From Woeseiaceae bacterium (GTDB lineage: Bacteria; Pseudomonadota; Gammaproteobacteria; Steroidobacterales; Woeseiaceae): a stretch of 64,000 nucleotides of DNA. The notes beneath the pieces were generated by a model. The model did no database searches. It saw only the letters and a list, made by a program, of their open reading frames with translations, and was not told where the DNA came from. Positions 39,985 to 51,010 of the stretch are shown here, in pieces. Location: the NCBI GenBank assembly GCA_030066735.1, contig JASJBB010000008.1, forward strand, positions 826 through 64,825. Reading direction: 5' to 3'. Position 1 is the stretch's first letter, and each line of letters starts with the position of its first letter. The translations under genes were made by a program, and so were the position numbers.

Positions 39985-40205
39985 GAAATTGTTCTGGTGG
40001 CAGGATCAGCCGGCGATTGTACCGCAACAGTTCGATCGAAGACCATGCGCGGGCGGCACCGGTAACATCCTGTGACAAGTCGGCGCCGGAGGGCGGCAAA
40101 CTACAGCGATGAAGCGCCGGGCCCTTGCCCCGGGCAGTCAAAACCGCGAAAATTACGCCTCACGGCTGGACCTTTTCCGGCCGGTTTACCATAAGAACAC
40201 CTGTA

Positions 40206-42227
40206 ATGTCACAACAAGCAACGCGCGCTGGCCTGCCCGACCGGCGAACTCTCGCGAATGCTGTCCGGGCACTTTCCATGGACGCGGTGCAAGCCGCCAA
40301 CTCGGGACACCCGGGGGCCCCAATGGGGATGGCGGACATCGCCGAGGTCCTTTGGAACGACTACCTGAAGCACAACCCGGGTAATCCCGAGTGGGTGGAC
40401 CGCGACCGCTTCGTATTGTCCAACGGTCACGGCTCGATGCTGATCTACAGCCTGCTGCACCTGACCGGCTACCCGTTGACGATTGACGAGCTGCGCAACT
40501 TCCGCCAGTTCGGCTATCGCACGGCTGGCCATCCGGAGTACGAGCCCGAGCTGTCCATCGAGACCACGACCGGCCCGCTGGGGCAGGGCATTGCCAACGC
40601 GGTCGGCATGGCGCTGGCCGAGAAGATGCTGGCCGCCGAGTTCAACAGACCCGGTCACGACGTGGTCGATCATCGCACCTGGGTGTTCCTGGGCGACGGC
40701 TGCATGATGGAAGGCATTTCGCACGAAGCCTGCTCGCTGGCGGGCACCCTCGGGCTCGGCAAGCTGATTGCGTTGTACGACGACAACAATATTTCCATCG
40801 ACGGCGAGGTGGACGGCTGGTTCACCGACGACACGGTCAAGCGCTTCGAGGCATACGGATGGCACGTCATTGCCGATGTCGACGGTCACGACAGCGTGGC
40901 TGTCGCCGCGGCAATCGACCAGGCCATCGCGGAAACCGGCAAGCCGACGCTGATCTGCTGCAAGACGGTGATTGGTTTCGGCGCGCCAAACAAGCAGGGC
41001 ACGGCATCCACGCACGGGGCGCCGCTCGGCGACGACGAGATCGCCGCTGCGCGCAAGGAGCTCGGCTGGGATTCGGCGCCGTTCGAGATTCCGGCGGACG
41101 TCGCCGCTGCCTGGGACGGGCGGGAACGCGGCGCCGCGGTCGAATCGGCCTGGCTTGATGGTTTCGAGAAGTACGCGGCGGAGCACCCTGAACTGGCGGC
41201 CGAATTCCGGCGCCGCACCAGCGGCGCGCTGCCGCAGAACTGGAGCGAGTACGCAGACCAGGCGATCGCCGAGATCGACGCGGCCGGCGAGACGATGGCG
41301 ACGCGCAAGGCCTCGCTCGTGGCGCTGAACGCGTTCGCACCGGTGCTGCCCGAACTCGCCGGCGGTTCCGCGGATCTGACCGGGTCGAACCTCACGAAGC
41401 ACGGCGGTTCGACGGTCATCACCGGCGACGACGCCGGCGGCAACTACATCTACTTCGGCGTGCGCGAGTTCGGCATGGCGGCGCTTTGCAACGGCATGGC
41501 GCTGCACGGCGGAATTATTCCTTACTCCGGCACGTTCCTCGTATTTTCCGATTACGCACGCAATGCGCTGCGCATGGCCGCGCTCATGAAGGTGCAGAAC
41601 ATCTTCGTTTTCACGCACGATTCGATCGGGCTCGGCGAGGACGGTCCGACTCACCAGCCGATCGAGCACACGGCCTCGCTGCGGCTGATGCCGAACATGC
41701 GGGTCTGGCGGACCTGCGACACGGTCGAGACCGCCGTTGCCTGGCGGGACGCCATCGAACGCCGCGACGGGCCGACGAGTCTCGTGCTGACGCGCCAGGG
41801 TGTGCCGTACCAGGACCGTAACAAAGAGCAGGTAGCCTCGATTGCCCGTGGCGGATACGTATTGCGCGACTGCGAGGGCGAGCCTCAAATTCTGCTGATC
41901 GCAACCGGCTCGGAAGTGCCGCTGGTAATGTCGGCGGCCGAAACGCTGGCTGGCGACGGCGTTGCCGTGCGGGTGGTATCGATGCCCTGCGTCGAGGCCT
42001 TCGAGATGCAGGACGACGACTACCGCGAGTCGGTGCTGCCGGCGTCGGTGACGGCGAGAGTCGTCGTCGAAGCGGGCGTTGCGGATACATGGTGGCGCTA
42101 TGCCGGTCCCCGGGGCCGGGTCATTGGAATGAGCCGCTTCGGCGAATCAGCCCCGGCGCCGGAACTTTTCGAACACTTCGGCTTCTCGACCGACAATGTC
42201 GTGAAAGTGGCCAGGGAACTACTTTAA
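40206..42227 (+). CDS. tkt: transketolase
   Basis: [21 protein letters not shown]...[18 protein letters not shown]...[13 protein letters not shown]...GEDGPTHQP. Start trimmed to the ATG at 40206. Confidence 0.95.
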   Translation: MSQQATRAGLPDRRTLANAVRALSMDAVQAANSGHPGAPMGMADIAEVLWNDYLKHNPGNPEWVDRDRFVLSNGHGSMLIYSLLHLTGYPLTIDELRNFRQFGYRTAGHPEYEPELSIETTTGPLGQGIANAVGMALAEKMLAAEFNRPGHDVVDHRTWVFLGDGCMMEGISHEACSLAGTLGLGKLIALYDDNNISIDGEVDGWFTDDTVKRFEAYGWHVIADVDGHDSVAVAAAIDQAIAETGKPTLICCKTVIGFGAPNKQGTASTHGAPLGDDEIAAARKELGWDSAPFEIPADVAAAWDGRERGAAVESAWLDGFEKYAAEHPELAAEFRRRTSGALPQNWSEYADQAIAEIDAAGETMATRKASLVALNAFAPVLPELAGGSADLTGSNLTKHGGSTVITGDDAGGNYIYFGVREFGMAALCNGMALHGGIIPYSGTFLVFSDYARNALRMAALMKVQNIFVFTHDSIGLGEDGPTHQPIEHTASLRLMPNMRVWRTCDTVETAVAWRDAIERRDGPTSLVLTRQGVPYQDRNKEQVASIARGGYVLRDCEGEPQILLIATGSEVPLVMSAAETLAGDGVAVRVVSMPCVEAFEMQDDDYRESVLPASVTARVVVEAGVADTWWRYAGPRGRVIGMSRFGESAPAPELFEHFGFSTDNVVKVARELL

Positions 42228-42242
42228 ATCCAGGAGAGAAAC

Positions 42243-43253
42243 ATGACGATCAAGGTGGGTATCAACGGCTACGGCCGCATCGGGCGCCAGGTAGTGCGCG
42301 CCATTCACGAGCTGGGCCGCAGGGACGAGTTTGACGTCGTCGCGCTCAACGACCTCGGCGACGCCGAAACCAATGCGCACCTGACGCGCTACGACACCGC
42401 GCACGGCCAGTTTGACGCTACGGTCGAAGTCGACGGCGGTGACATTATCGTGAACGGCGACCGCATCAAGGTCCTGTCCGAACGCGATCCTGCCAAATTG
42501 CCGTGGGGCGATCTCGGCGTCGATGTCGTATTCGAGTGCACGGGCCTGTTCCGCACGCTGGAAACGGCGGGCAAGCACATTGACGGCGGCGCCAAGAAGG
42601 TCATCCTGTCGGCCCCGGGCGGCGCTGGCATCGAGAAGACCGTCGTCTACGGCGTCAACCACGACATCCTGACGTCCGATGACAAGGTCATCTCGAATGC
42701 GTCATGCACGACCAACTGCCTGGCGCCGCTGGTCAAGCCGCTGCACGATAAGATCGGCGTCAAGCATGGCCTCATGACCACGATCCACGCGTACACCAAC
42801 GACCAGGTGCTCACGGACGTTTTCCACAAGGACCTGCGCCGGGCGCGTTCGGCGACGATGTCGCAGATCCCGACCAAGACGGGCGCGGCGGCAGCCGTCG
42901 GCCTCGTGTTGCCGGATCTCAACGGCAAGCTCGACGGGTTCTCGATGCGCGTGCCGACGATCAACGTGTCCGCGGTCGACCTCAGCTTCGTCGCGGAGCG
43001 CGATACGACCGTCGACGAGATCAACGAGATCATGAAGGCGGCAGCCGACGGTGAGCTCAAGGGTGTACTTGCCTACAACGACGAGCCGCTCGTTTCGATC
43101 GACTTCAATCACAACCCGCACTCGTCGATTTACGATGCCGGCCTGACGCGTGTGATGGAAGGCAACCTCGTAAAGGTCATCTCGTGGTACGACAATGAAT
43201 GGGGCTTCTCGTGTCGCATGCTCGACACGACGGTCGCCCTGATGAACGCGTAA
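42243..43253 (+). CDS. gap: type I glyceraldehyde-3-phosphate dehydrogenase
   Basis: [12 protein letters not shown]...[12 protein letters not shown]...WYDNEWGFS. Confidence 0.95.
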   Translation: MTIKVGINGYGRIGRQVVRAIHELGRRDEFDVVALNDLGDAETNAHLTRYDTAHGQFDATVEVDGGDIIVNGDRIKVLSERDPAKLPWGDLGVDVVFECTGLFRTLETAGKHIDGGAKKVILSAPGGAGIEKTVVYGVNHDILTSDDKVISNASCTTNCLAPLVKPLHDKIGVKHGLMTTIHAYTNDQVLTDVFHKDLRRARSATMSQIPTKTGAAAAVGLVLPDLNGKLDGFSMRVPTINVSAVDLSFVAERDTTVDEINEIMKAAADGELKGVLAYNDEPLVSIDFNHNPHSSIYDAGLTRVMEGNLVKVISWYDNEWGFSCRMLDTTVALMNA

Positions 43254-43258
43254 CGACG

Positions 43259-44443
43259 ATGTCTGTCATTCGCATGTCCGACCTCGAGTTGTCGGGCAAA
43301 CGGGTATTGATCAGGGAAGACCTGAACGTGCCCGTCGCCGACGGCGTGGTCACATCCGACGCCCGCATCCAGGCCGCGCTGCCCACTGTCCGGGCAGCGC
43401 TCGATGCGGGCGCGGCGGTCATGGTGGTATCGCACCTGGGCCGTCCCACCGAAGGTCAGCCCGAGGAGAAATTCTCGCTGCGCCCCGTGGCGAACCACAT
43501 CGCGGGCGAGCTCGGCCGTGACGTGCCGCTGATCGAGGACTGGATCGATGGCGTCGACGTCGAGCCCGGGCAGCTCGTATTGCTCGAAAACGTCCGCTTC
43601 CTCGAAGGCGAGAAAAAGTGCGACGAGACCCTGGCGCGGAAAATGGCCGCGCTCTGCGATATTTTCGTGATGGATGCTTTTGGCACGGCGCATCGCGCAC
43701 AGGCGAGCACGTACGGCGTTGCCGAGTTTGCGCCGGTCGCCTGCGCCGGGCCGCTGCTTGCGGCCGAACTCGAGGCGCTCGGCAAGGCGCTGGACAACCC
43801 CGCGCGGCCGTTCGTTGCCATCGTCGGCGGATCGAAAGTATCGACCAAGCTCAACGTGCTCGACACGCTGGCGCGGCTGGTTGATACGCTGATTGTGGGC
43901 GGTGGCATTGCCAACACGCTCATCGCGGCCGATGGACACGACGTCGGCAAGTCGCTGCATGAACCGGATATGGTCGATACGGCCCGCGCCCTGGCGGCTG
44001 GCGGGGAAGGGCGAGCGAACATACCCGTTCCCGGCGATGTGGTCGTTGCGACCGAGTTCTCGGCGGACGCCGAGCCGGTGCTGAAAGACCGCAGCGAGGT
44101 GGGCGGTGAAGAGATGATTCTCGATATCGGCCCGCAGACGTCGGAACGCTTCGCAAGCATCCTGAAGGAAGCGGGCACGATTATCTGGAACGGTCCGGTC
44201 GGCGTATTCGAGTTCGATGCATTCGGTGAGGGCACGCAGGCGCTGGCCGAAGCCATCGCCGACAGCGACGGGTTTTCGGTAGCGGGCGGCGGCGATACGC
44301 TGGCCGCGATCGACAAGTACGGCGTGCGCGACCGGATTTCCTACATTTCGACCGGTGGCGGCGCGTTCCTCGAGTTCGTCGAGGGCAAGAAACTGCCGGC
44401 CGTCGCCATGCTCGAAAAGCGAGCCTCGGAGTCGCGGTCGTAA
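43259..44443 (+). CDS. pgk: phosphoglycerate kinase
   Basis: [12 protein letters not shown]...SHLGRP...GGSKVSTKL...[10 protein letters not shown]. Start trimmed to the ATG at 43259. Confidence 0.95.
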   Translation: MSVIRMSDLELSGKRVLIREDLNVPVADGVVTSDARIQAALPTVRAALDAGAAVMVVSHLGRPTEGQPEEKFSLRPVANHIAGELGRDVPLIEDWIDGVDVEPGQLVLLENVRFLEGEKKCDETLARKMAALCDIFVMDAFGTAHRAQASTYGVAEFAPVACAGPLLAAELEALGKALDNPARPFVAIVGGSKVSTKLNVLDTLARLVDTLIVGGGIANTLIAADGHDVGKSLHEPDMVDTARALAAGGEGRANIPVPGDVVVATEFSADAEPVLKDRSEVGGEEMILDIGPQTSERFASILKEAGTIIWNGPVGVFEFDAFGEGTQALAEAIADSDGFSVAGGGDTLAAIDKYGVRDRISYISTGGGAFLEFVEGKKLPAVAMLEKRASESRS

Positions 44444-44538
44444 TTACGTCGGGAATGGTCCCGTGATCGCGAGCGCGATAACGACGGCACTACAAAGCCG
44501 TAATACGCAGATGATTCTCATGTGCAATAATCGCCGCC

Positions 44539-45969
44539 ATGCGAAGACGGACCAAGATAGTCGCGACGCTGGGCCCGGCGTCGGATGACGAAAAAACCCT
44601 GTGCAAGATGATCGAGGCGGGTCTCGACGTTGCGCGCCTCAACTTCTCCCACGGCGATGAGTCCGATCACCGGCGTCGTGCAGCGGCCTTTCGGTCCGCG
44701 GCCGCGCAAATGCATCGCGACGTCGGTCTCATGGGCGACCTGCAGGGGCCCAAGATCCGCATCAAGCGATTCGAGCACGGCAGCGTGCATCTCAACGAGG
44801 GCGATGCGTTCTTCCTGGATAGCCAGCTCGACCTGATGGCAGGCAACCAGGAGGGTGTCGGCGTGGCGCTCGAAACCCTTCACGAGGACGTGTCGGCGGG
44901 CGATATCCTGCTGCTCAACGACGGCATGATTACGTTGACCGTCGACCGGGTCGAAGGCACGCGAATCCATACGACCGCGGTCAACAGCGGCATCCTCTCG
45001 GATCACAAGGGCATCAATCTCAAGGGCGGGGGGCTGTCGGCGCCTGCGCTGACGGACATCGACCGGGCGAACATCAAGCTCGCGGCAGAGCTGGAGATGG
45101 ACTTTCTCGCGGTATCCTTCGTGCGCAGTGGCGAGGACATCGAGGAGGCGCGACGGCTGTTCCTCGAAGCGGGCGGCAACGGCATCATCGTGGCCAAGAT
45201 CGAACGGACCGAAGCCGTTGAGAACATCGACTCGATCATCGACGCTGCCGACGTGATCATGGTGGCGCGCGGCGACCTCGGCGTCGAGATGGGCTATGCG
45301 GAGCTTACCGGCATCCAGAAGCGGCTCATCGAGGCCACCCGGTCGAAGTACAAGATCGCAATTACCGCCACCCAGATGATGGAATCGATGATCCAGAACC
45401 CGATTCCCACGCGCGCCGAGGTCTCCGATGTGGCCAACGCGGTCATCGACGGCACCGATGCCGTCATGCTTTCGGGTGAAACCGCGGTCGGCGAGTACCC
45501 GAGCGAGGCCATTCGTTCGATGGCCAGCGTATGCATCGGCGCCGAGAAGTACCCGAACCAGGCCGGGCGCACGGGGAGGCGCTCGGAGGACAAGTTCGAC
45601 AAGGTCGACGAGGCGATCGCGATGGCCGTGATGTACACGGCCAAGCACGTCGACGTAAAAGCCATCATCGCGTTGACCGAGTCGGGTTCGACCACGCGCT
45701 GGATGTCCCGGGTGCGCTCCGACATTCCGATCTATGCGCTGACTCCGTACCATGCGACAAGCCGTCGCGTGGCGCTGTACCGCGGCGTGTATCCGGTAGA
45801 ATTCGAGATGGCCGAAACGGACCGGGACCAGTTGTACGCGGCAATTTTCGAAACCCTGCTGTCCAAGGAGCTGGTCGAAGTTGACGACCTGGTGATCTTC
45901 ACCAAGGGCGACTCCAAGGGCGTCTCGGGCGGCACCAACGCGATGAAGATTCTGAAAGTCACAGCGTAG
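44539..45969 (+). CDS. pyk: pyruvate kinase
   Basis: TKIVATLGPAS...ARLNFSHG...MVARGDLGVE...TQMMESM. Confidence 0.93.
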   Translation: MRRRTKIVATLGPASDDEKTLCKMIEAGLDVARLNFSHGDESDHRRRAAAFRSAAAQMHRDVGLMGDLQGPKIRIKRFEHGSVHLNEGDAFFLDSQLDLMAGNQEGVGVALETLHEDVSAGDILLLNDGMITLTVDRVEGTRIHTTAVNSGILSDHKGINLKGGGLSAPALTDIDRANIKLAAELEMDFLAVSFVRSGEDIEEARRLFLEAGGNGIIVAKIERTEAVENIDSIIDAADVIMVARGDLGVEMGYAELTGIQKRLIEATRSKYKIAITATQMMESMIQNPIPTRAEVSDVANAVIDGTDAVMLSGETAVGEYPSEAIRSMASVCIGAEKYPNQAGRTGRRSEDKFDKVDEAIAMAVMYTAKHVDVKAIIALTESGSTTRWMSRVRSDIPIYALTPYHATSRRVALYRGVYPVEFEMAETDRDQLYAAIFETLLSKELVEVDDLVIFTKGDSKGVSGGTNAMKILKVTA

Positions 45970-45979
45970 GAACTCCACC

Positions 45980-48349
45980 ATGAAAAAATGGATTCTGCGC
46001 CTCGCCGGCGCGCTGGCGCTGGCGTTCGTGCTTGTTGTTCTGCTTGCCTGGCTGACGCTGCGCGCGAGCCTGCCGTCGCTGGACGGCGCCGTTACGGTTG
46101 CGGGTGTCGATTCGGCAACGACCATCGAACGCGATGCCGAAGGCATCGTCACGATCAGGGCGGCCAGCCGGGCCGATGCCGCATACGCCACCGGGTTTGC
46201 CCATGGGCAGGACCGCTTCTTCCAGATGGACATCATTCGGCGACGCTCGGCGGGAGAGGTGTCGGCCCTGGTCGGCGCGATGGCCGTCGATCTCGACAAG
46301 CGTTTTCGCCTGCACCGCTTCCGGTCGAGGGCACAGGCGGCCCTGGCCGCACTGCCTGCCAACGACCTGCTGATCCTCGATCGCTATGCGGCGGGCGTCA
46401 ACGAGGGCCTGGCGAGCCTCGGCAGCAAGCCGTTCGAGTACCACGTACTCGGCGCCGACCCGGCGCCGTGGCGGCCCGAGGACACGATCCTCGTCGCATA
46501 TTCGATGTTCCTGAATCTCAACGACGAGCGTGCCGACCGGGACCTGAAGCGCGGACTCGCGCACCGCGTGCTGCCCGCCGAAATGTTCGGCTTCATGTAC
46601 CCGCCTGGCACGCCCTGGGACGCTCCGATCATGGGTGAGCCGCGCACGGCGCAGCCGATTCCGGACCCGGGCGTGACCAGCACACGCGACGTCATCGATG
46701 CAGCCCCGTCCGCTGCCGAGATCGGCAAGCCGGACCTGGCCGGCAGCAACAACTGGGCCGTGGCTGGCAGCCTGACGGAGACCGGTAGCGCCCTGGTGTC
46801 CAATGACATGCACCTGGGCCTGACCGTTCCGGGCATCTGGTACCAGGCGCGTCTCGTTGTCACCGGCGACGAGCCGCGCGACGTAACCGGCGTCATCCTG
46901 CCCGGCACGCCGTTCATGATCGGCGGCAGCAACACGAGAATCGCCTGGGGAAACACCAACAGCTACGGCGACTGGTCCGACGCCGTGGTGCTGCAGCCAG
47001 GCGCTGCCGAGGGAACGTACAGGACGATCGACGGTGACCAGCCGTTCAGGGAGATCGTCGAGCAGATCGACGTCAAGGGCGGCGAGCCCGTGGCGTTCGT
47101 CGTGCGCGAGACCATCTGGGGCCCGGTGCACGACAACGTCGACTACCCGGATGGCGAAATTGCCGTGAACTGGCTGGCTCACGAGGTTCGGGCGCTCAAC
47201 CTGAATCTGCTGCGGCTGGAAACGGCGCAGTCGGTCGACGAGGCGCTGGCCATCGCAACGACCATGGGCGGTCCGCCGCAAAACTTCGTCGTGGGCGACC
47301 GCGACGGCAGCGTCGGCTGGACGATCGCCGGGCAGATTCCGGTCCGTGAAGGCTACGAACCGTTCCTGCCGGCGGACTGGAGTAACGGCGCGGGCTGGAG
47401 CGGCTGGCTCGAACCGGAGCAGTACCCGCGCGTCGTCAATCCGGAGTCGGGCCGCATCTGGACGGCCAATGCTCGCGTTGCGGACGGCGAGGCCCTGCGG
47501 CTGATCGGTGACAGCGGCTATGACCTCGGCGCTCGGGCCAGGCAGATTCGTGATGCGTTGTTCGAGCAAGACACGTTTACTGCCGAGGACATGCTGGTCA
47601 TCCAGATCGACGATCGCGCTCTGTTTCTCGGCCGCTGGCGCGAACTGCTGCTCGATGAACTCGACGACGCGGCCATTGGCGGCGACGCCGGCCTGGCGGA
47701 GTATCGCGAACTCGTCCGGGACTGGATACCGCGCGCGGTGCCGGATTCCGTGGGATACCGGCTCGTGAGGACGTTTCGTCTCGAGGTGCAGTCGCGCGTT
47801 TTTCACGCACTCATGGCGCCGGCGCGCGCCGAATACGGCGATGACGTCGAACTGCGCCTGAGCAACCAGTTCGAGGCGCCGCTGTGGGCGCTCGTCAGCG
47901 AGCAGCCCCGGCACCTGCTGCCGGGCCGGTTCGACAGCTGGCAGGCGCTGTTCGTCGACGCTGTGCGGGGCGCAATCCGGCACTTCGAGCAGAACTACGG
48001 ACCGGCGCTGGCAGACCGGACCTGGGGCGAGCGCAATACGGTCAGCATTCGTCACATGCTGAGCGGCGCCTTGCCGATGCCGAGCGGGTTCCTCGACATC
48101 CCCGACCAGCCCCTGGCGGGCGACGTGGACCTGCCGCGGGCCCAGGGGCGGCGCTTCGGCGCGTCGCAGCGTTTCTCGGTGGCGCCCGGGGACGAGGCCA
48201 ACGGCATCATGCACATTCCGGCGGGCCAGAGCGGCCACCCGCTGTCGGAGTTTTACCGCAAGGGGCACGAGGACTGGGCGACCGGGTCGCCGAGCCCGTT
48301 CCTGCCGGGCGAGACGCAACATAAGCTGCTCCTGACCCCGGCGGAATAG
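45980..48349 (+). CDS. penicillin acylase-family Ntn hydrolase (penicillin/AHL acylase-like)
   Basis: N-terminal signal/anchor; FAHGQDRFFQMD; GSNNWAV, the conserved nucleophile Ser at the start of the beta-chain; 789 aa. Confidence 0.83.
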   Translation: MKKWILRLAGALALAFVLVVLLAWLTLRASLPSLDGAVTVAGVDSATTIERDAEGIVTIRAASRADAAYATGFAHGQDRFFQMDIIRRRSAGEVSALVGAMAVDLDKRFRLHRFRSRAQAALAALPANDLLILDRYAAGVNEGLASLGSKPFEYHVLGADPAPWRPEDTILVAYSMFLNLNDERADRDLKRGLAHRVLPAEMFGFMYPPGTPWDAPIMGEPRTAQPIPDPGVTSTRDVIDAAPSAAEIGKPDLAGSNNWAVAGSLTETGSALVSNDMHLGLTVPGIWYQARLVVTGDEPRDVTGVILPGTPFMIGGSNTRIAWGNTNSYGDWSDAVVLQPGAAEGTYRTIDGDQPFREIVEQIDVKGGEPVAFVVRETIWGPVHDNVDYPDGEIAVNWLAHEVRALNLNLLRLETAQSVDEALAIATTMGGPPQNFVVGDRDGSVGWTIAGQIPVREGYEPFLPADWSNGAGWSGWLEPEQYPRVVNPESGRIWTANARVADGEALRLIGDSGYDLGARARQIRDALFEQDTFTAEDMLVIQIDDRALFLGRWRELLLDELDDAAIGGDAGLAEYRELVRDWIPRAVPDSVGYRLVRTFRLEVQSRVFHALMAPARAEYGDDVELRLSNQFEAPLWALVSEQPRHLLPGRFDSWQALFVDAVRGAIRHFEQNYGPALADRTWGERNTVSIRHMLSGALPMPSGFLDIPDQPLAGDVDLPRAQGRRFGASQRFSVAPGDEANGIMHIPAGQSGHPLSEFYRKGHEDWATGSPSPFLPGETQHKLLLTPAE

Positions 48350-48364
48350 CGGTAAGATAGCCTG

Positions 48365-49225
48365 ATGACGAAATCACGATTCGAGGGCACGAGCACTTAC
48401 GTCGCTACCGACGACCTGACGATGGCGGTGAACGCGGCGGTAACGCTCGAGCGCCCCATCCTGGTCAAAGGCGAGCCGGGCACCGGCAAGACCCAACTCG
48501 CCGTCGAGGTCGCCGGCGCGCTCGGCAGGCCGCTGTTCGAGTGGCATATCAAATCGACCACCAAAGCGCAGCAGGGCCTCTACGAGTATGACGCGGTGGC
48601 GCGCTTGCGAGACTCCCAGCTTGGCGACGACCGCGTGCACGACATCGGCAACTACATCGTGCGCGGCAAAATCTGGGAGGCCTTCGAGTCCGAGGAGCAG
48701 CCCGTCCTGCTCATCGACGAAGTCGACAAGGCGGACATCGAGTTCCCCAATGATCTGCTGCGCGAACTCGATCGCATGGAATTCTACGTCTACGAGACGC
48801 AGAAGCTGGTCACGGCGAAGCACCGGCCGATCATCGTCATCACCAGCAACAACGAAAAAGAACTGCCGGACGCCTTCCTGCGCCGGTGTTTCTTTCACTA
48901 CATCAAGTTTCCGGACCAGGACACGATGGCGAAGATCGTCGACGTGCACTTCCCGGAGCTCAAGAAAGACCTGCTGGCAGACGCGCTGAACGCCTTCTAC
49001 AAGGTGCGCGACGTGCCGGGCCTCAAGAAAAAGCCGTCGACGTCGGAACTGCTCGACTGGATCAAGCTGTTGCTGGCCGAGGACATTCCCCCCGAAGCGC
49101 TGCGCGGCGACGACACGCGCAAGGCGATACCGCCGCTATACGGCGCTTTGCTCAAGAACGAGCAGGACGTGCACCTGTTCGAGCAACTGGTCTTCCTCGA
49201 CCGGAGAAGCGGTTCGTCGCAGTAG
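48365..49225 (+). CDS. MoxR-family AAA+ ATPase
   Basis: Walker A GEPGTGKT; Walker B VLLIDEVDKA; sensor region ITSNNEKELPDAFLRRC. The 286-aa size is typical of CoxD/MoxR-like ATPases. Confidence 0.83.
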   Translation: MTKSRFEGTSTYVATDDLTMAVNAAVTLERPILVKGEPGTGKTQLAVEVAGALGRPLFEWHIKSTTKAQQGLYEYDAVARLRDSQLGDDRVHDIGNYIVRGKIWEAFESEEQPVLLIDEVDKADIEFPNDLLRELDRMEFYVYETQKLVTAKHRPIIVITSNNEKELPDAFLRRCFFHYIKFPDQDTMAKIVDVHFPELKKDLLADALNAFYKVRDVPGLKKKPSTSELLDWIKLLLAEDIPPEALRGDDTRKAIPPLYGALLKNEQDVHLFEQLVFLDRRSGSSQ

Positions 49226-49234
49226 TGGCGTGAC

Positions 49235-50410
49235 ATGCTGATCCCATTCTTCTATCAGCTGCGCGACGGTGGCCTGAACACGTCGATCACCGAGCTGCTG
49301 ACTCTGCTCGAAGCCATGAAAAAGGGTGTGGCCGCCCAGAGCGTCGACGACTTCTATTTCCTTGCACGGGCGTGCCTGGTCAAGGACGAGTCCAAGCTCG
49401 ACCTGTTCGACAGGATATTCGGGGCCTATTTCCAGGGCATCGAGGACGATTTCGCGGACTTGCTCACGGATATCCCCGACGAGTGGCTCCGGCAGCGGGC
49501 CGAACTGATGCTGTCCGAGGAAGAACGGGCGCGCATCGAAGCGCTCGGCGGCTTCGAAGAGCTGATGAAAGCTCTGCGGGAGCGGCTGGACGACCAGGAA
49601 GAGCGCCACGAGGGTGGCAACAAGTGGATCGGGACGGCCGGTACTTCGCCGTTTGGCGCCTATGGCTACAACCCGGAGGGCGTGCGGATCGGCCAGCAGG
49701 GCTCGCGCAACCGCAGCGCCGTCAAGGTCTGGGACCGGCGCGAGTATCGTAACCTCGACGATTCGGTCGAACTCGGCACCCGCAACATCAAGGTTGCGCT
49801 GCGCCGGCTGCGGAAATTCGCCCGCGAGGGAGCGGCGGACCAGCTGGATCTCGAGGACACCATCGACAAGACGGCCCGCAACGCGGGCCTGCTGGACATC
49901 CGCATGGTGCCGGAACGGCACAACGCCGTTAAGGTGCTCTTGTGCCTCGACATTGGCGGGTCCATGGACGATCACGTCCGCGTCTGCGAGGAACTCTTCT
50001 CAGCGTCGCGCAGCGAGTTCAAGCACCTCGAGTACTTCTACTTTCACAATTTCATCTATGAAAGCCTCTGGAAGGACAATCGGCGCCGCCACACGGAGCG
50101 CATCCCCACACTCGACATCACCCACAAATACGGCGCCGACTACAAGCTGGTCTTCGTTGGTGACGCGACCATGAGCCCTTATGAAATCGTCTACGCCGGA
50201 GGCAGTGTGGAGCACTGGAACGAGGAGCCCGGGGCCGTCTGGATCAAGCGCCTGCTGAACACCTATCCCAAGGCCATCTGGCTCAATCCGGAGCCGCAGC
50301 ACCGCTGGGACTACACGCCGTCCGTCAAACTAACGCGGGAGCTGATGGGCGACCGGATGTATCCGCTGACGATCGCCGGCCTGGACGAGGGTATGAAAGC
50401 CCTGCACTAG
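49235..50410 (+). CDS. VWA domain protein (CoxE-like partner of the MoxR ATPase)
   Basis: MIDAS-like CLDIGGSMD motif. It lies 9 nt downstream of the MoxR ATPase. 391 aa. Confidence 0.75.
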   Translation: MLIPFFYQLRDGGLNTSITELLTLLEAMKKGVAAQSVDDFYFLARACLVKDESKLDLFDRIFGAYFQGIEDDFADLLTDIPDEWLRQRAELMLSEEERARIEALGGFEELMKALRERLDDQEERHEGGNKWIGTAGTSPFGAYGYNPEGVRIGQQGSRNRSAVKVWDRREYRNLDDSVELGTRNIKVALRRLRKFAREGAADQLDLEDTIDKTARNAGLLDIRMVPERHNAVKVLLCLDIGGSMDDHVRVCEELFSASRSEFKHLEYFYFHNFIYESLWKDNRRRHTERIPTLDITHKYGADYKLVFVGDATMSPYEIVYAGGSVEHWNEEPGAVWIKRLLNTYPKAIWLNPEPQHRWDYTPSVKLTRELMGDRMYPLTIAGLDEGMKALH

Positions 50411-50937
50411 TCGCTGCCGGCGCGCAGCGCGTCGAGATCGGCCAGCACCTCGGCGGAATGCTCCGCTGGCTTCACTTTCTTGTAGTGTTTCGCGATCGTC
50501 CCGTCGGGCGCGATAAGGAAAGTCTGGCGCCGGGCGACCGTCATTCCGAACATCTTGGTCTTCACGCCGTAGGCGTCCGCAGCCTTGCCATCGATGTCGG
50601 CCAGCAGCGGAAACGGCAGGCCGTGATTCTCGGCAAATTTCTGGTGGGACTCGACGTCATCCAGGCTGACGCCGAGGATCTGTGCGTCGCGATCCCGAAA
50701 CTCGAAAATGTCGTCCCGAAACTCGCAGGCCTCGGTCGTACAGCCCGGCGTCTCGTCTTTGGGGTAAAAATAGAGCACGACCCACTGGTCCCGGTAATCC
50801 TCCAGCGAATGGAGCTGGCCGTCCTGGTCGGACAGTTCGAACTCCGGCGCAATGTCGCCCGTCGTCACCTGCTCTGCAGCTGCAGCGAACAGGCCAGGCA
50901 TCAGGAAAGAAAGCATAATCAACAGGACTCGTTTCAT
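50407..50937 (-). CDS. exported peroxiredoxin (Bcp/AhpC-TSA family)
   Basis: Signal peptide; FYPKDETPGCTTEAC peroxidatic Cys motif. Confidence 0.85.
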   Translation of the reverse strand: MKRVLLIMLSFLMPGLFAAAAEQVTTGDIAPEFELSDQDGQLHSLEDYRDQWVVLYFYPKDETPGCTTEACEFRDDIFEFRDRDAQILGVSLDDVESHQKFAENHGLPFPLLADIDGKAADAYGVKTKMFGMTVARRQTFLIAPDGTIAKHYKKVKPAEHSAEVLADLDALRAGSD

Positions 50938-51010
50938 GGGGATGGTCCTCCGGCGGACACTATAATACCTTTCGATCCGACAGCAACGGGATATTACAGA
51001 ACGTCACGGT

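Noticed and set aside
39985-40205. Possible SAM or SAH riboswitch in the 221-bp divergent spacer upstream of metK-ahcY.
   Set aside because: Reading the minus strand, I could not find the conserved SAH elements (GAGGAGCGCUGC...CAGGCUCGG...AACGGCGCUC) or a SAM-II/SAM-V-like pseudoknot. Only loose GC-rich similarity is present. An Rfam scan would settle it.
45959-48322. A 787-aa ORF on the minus strand spans almost the whole penicillin-acylase gene. Similar long antisense or alternative-frame ORFs are at 23456..25618 (+), 40209..41888 (-), 44518..46362 (-), 59267..60853 (+), 20730..22337 (-), 33396..34895 (-), 37475..38929 (+), 588..1853 (-), 2294..3538 (-), 14795..15985 (-), 16296..17375 (-), 17213..18514 (+) and 55702..56751 (+).
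   Set aside because: Their translations are Arg/Ala/Gly/Pro-rich and low in complexity, with no recognisable motifs. The opposing or alternate frame encodes proteins with unmistakable family signatures. Long stop-free shadow frames are expected in GC-rich DNA with GC-biased third positions.
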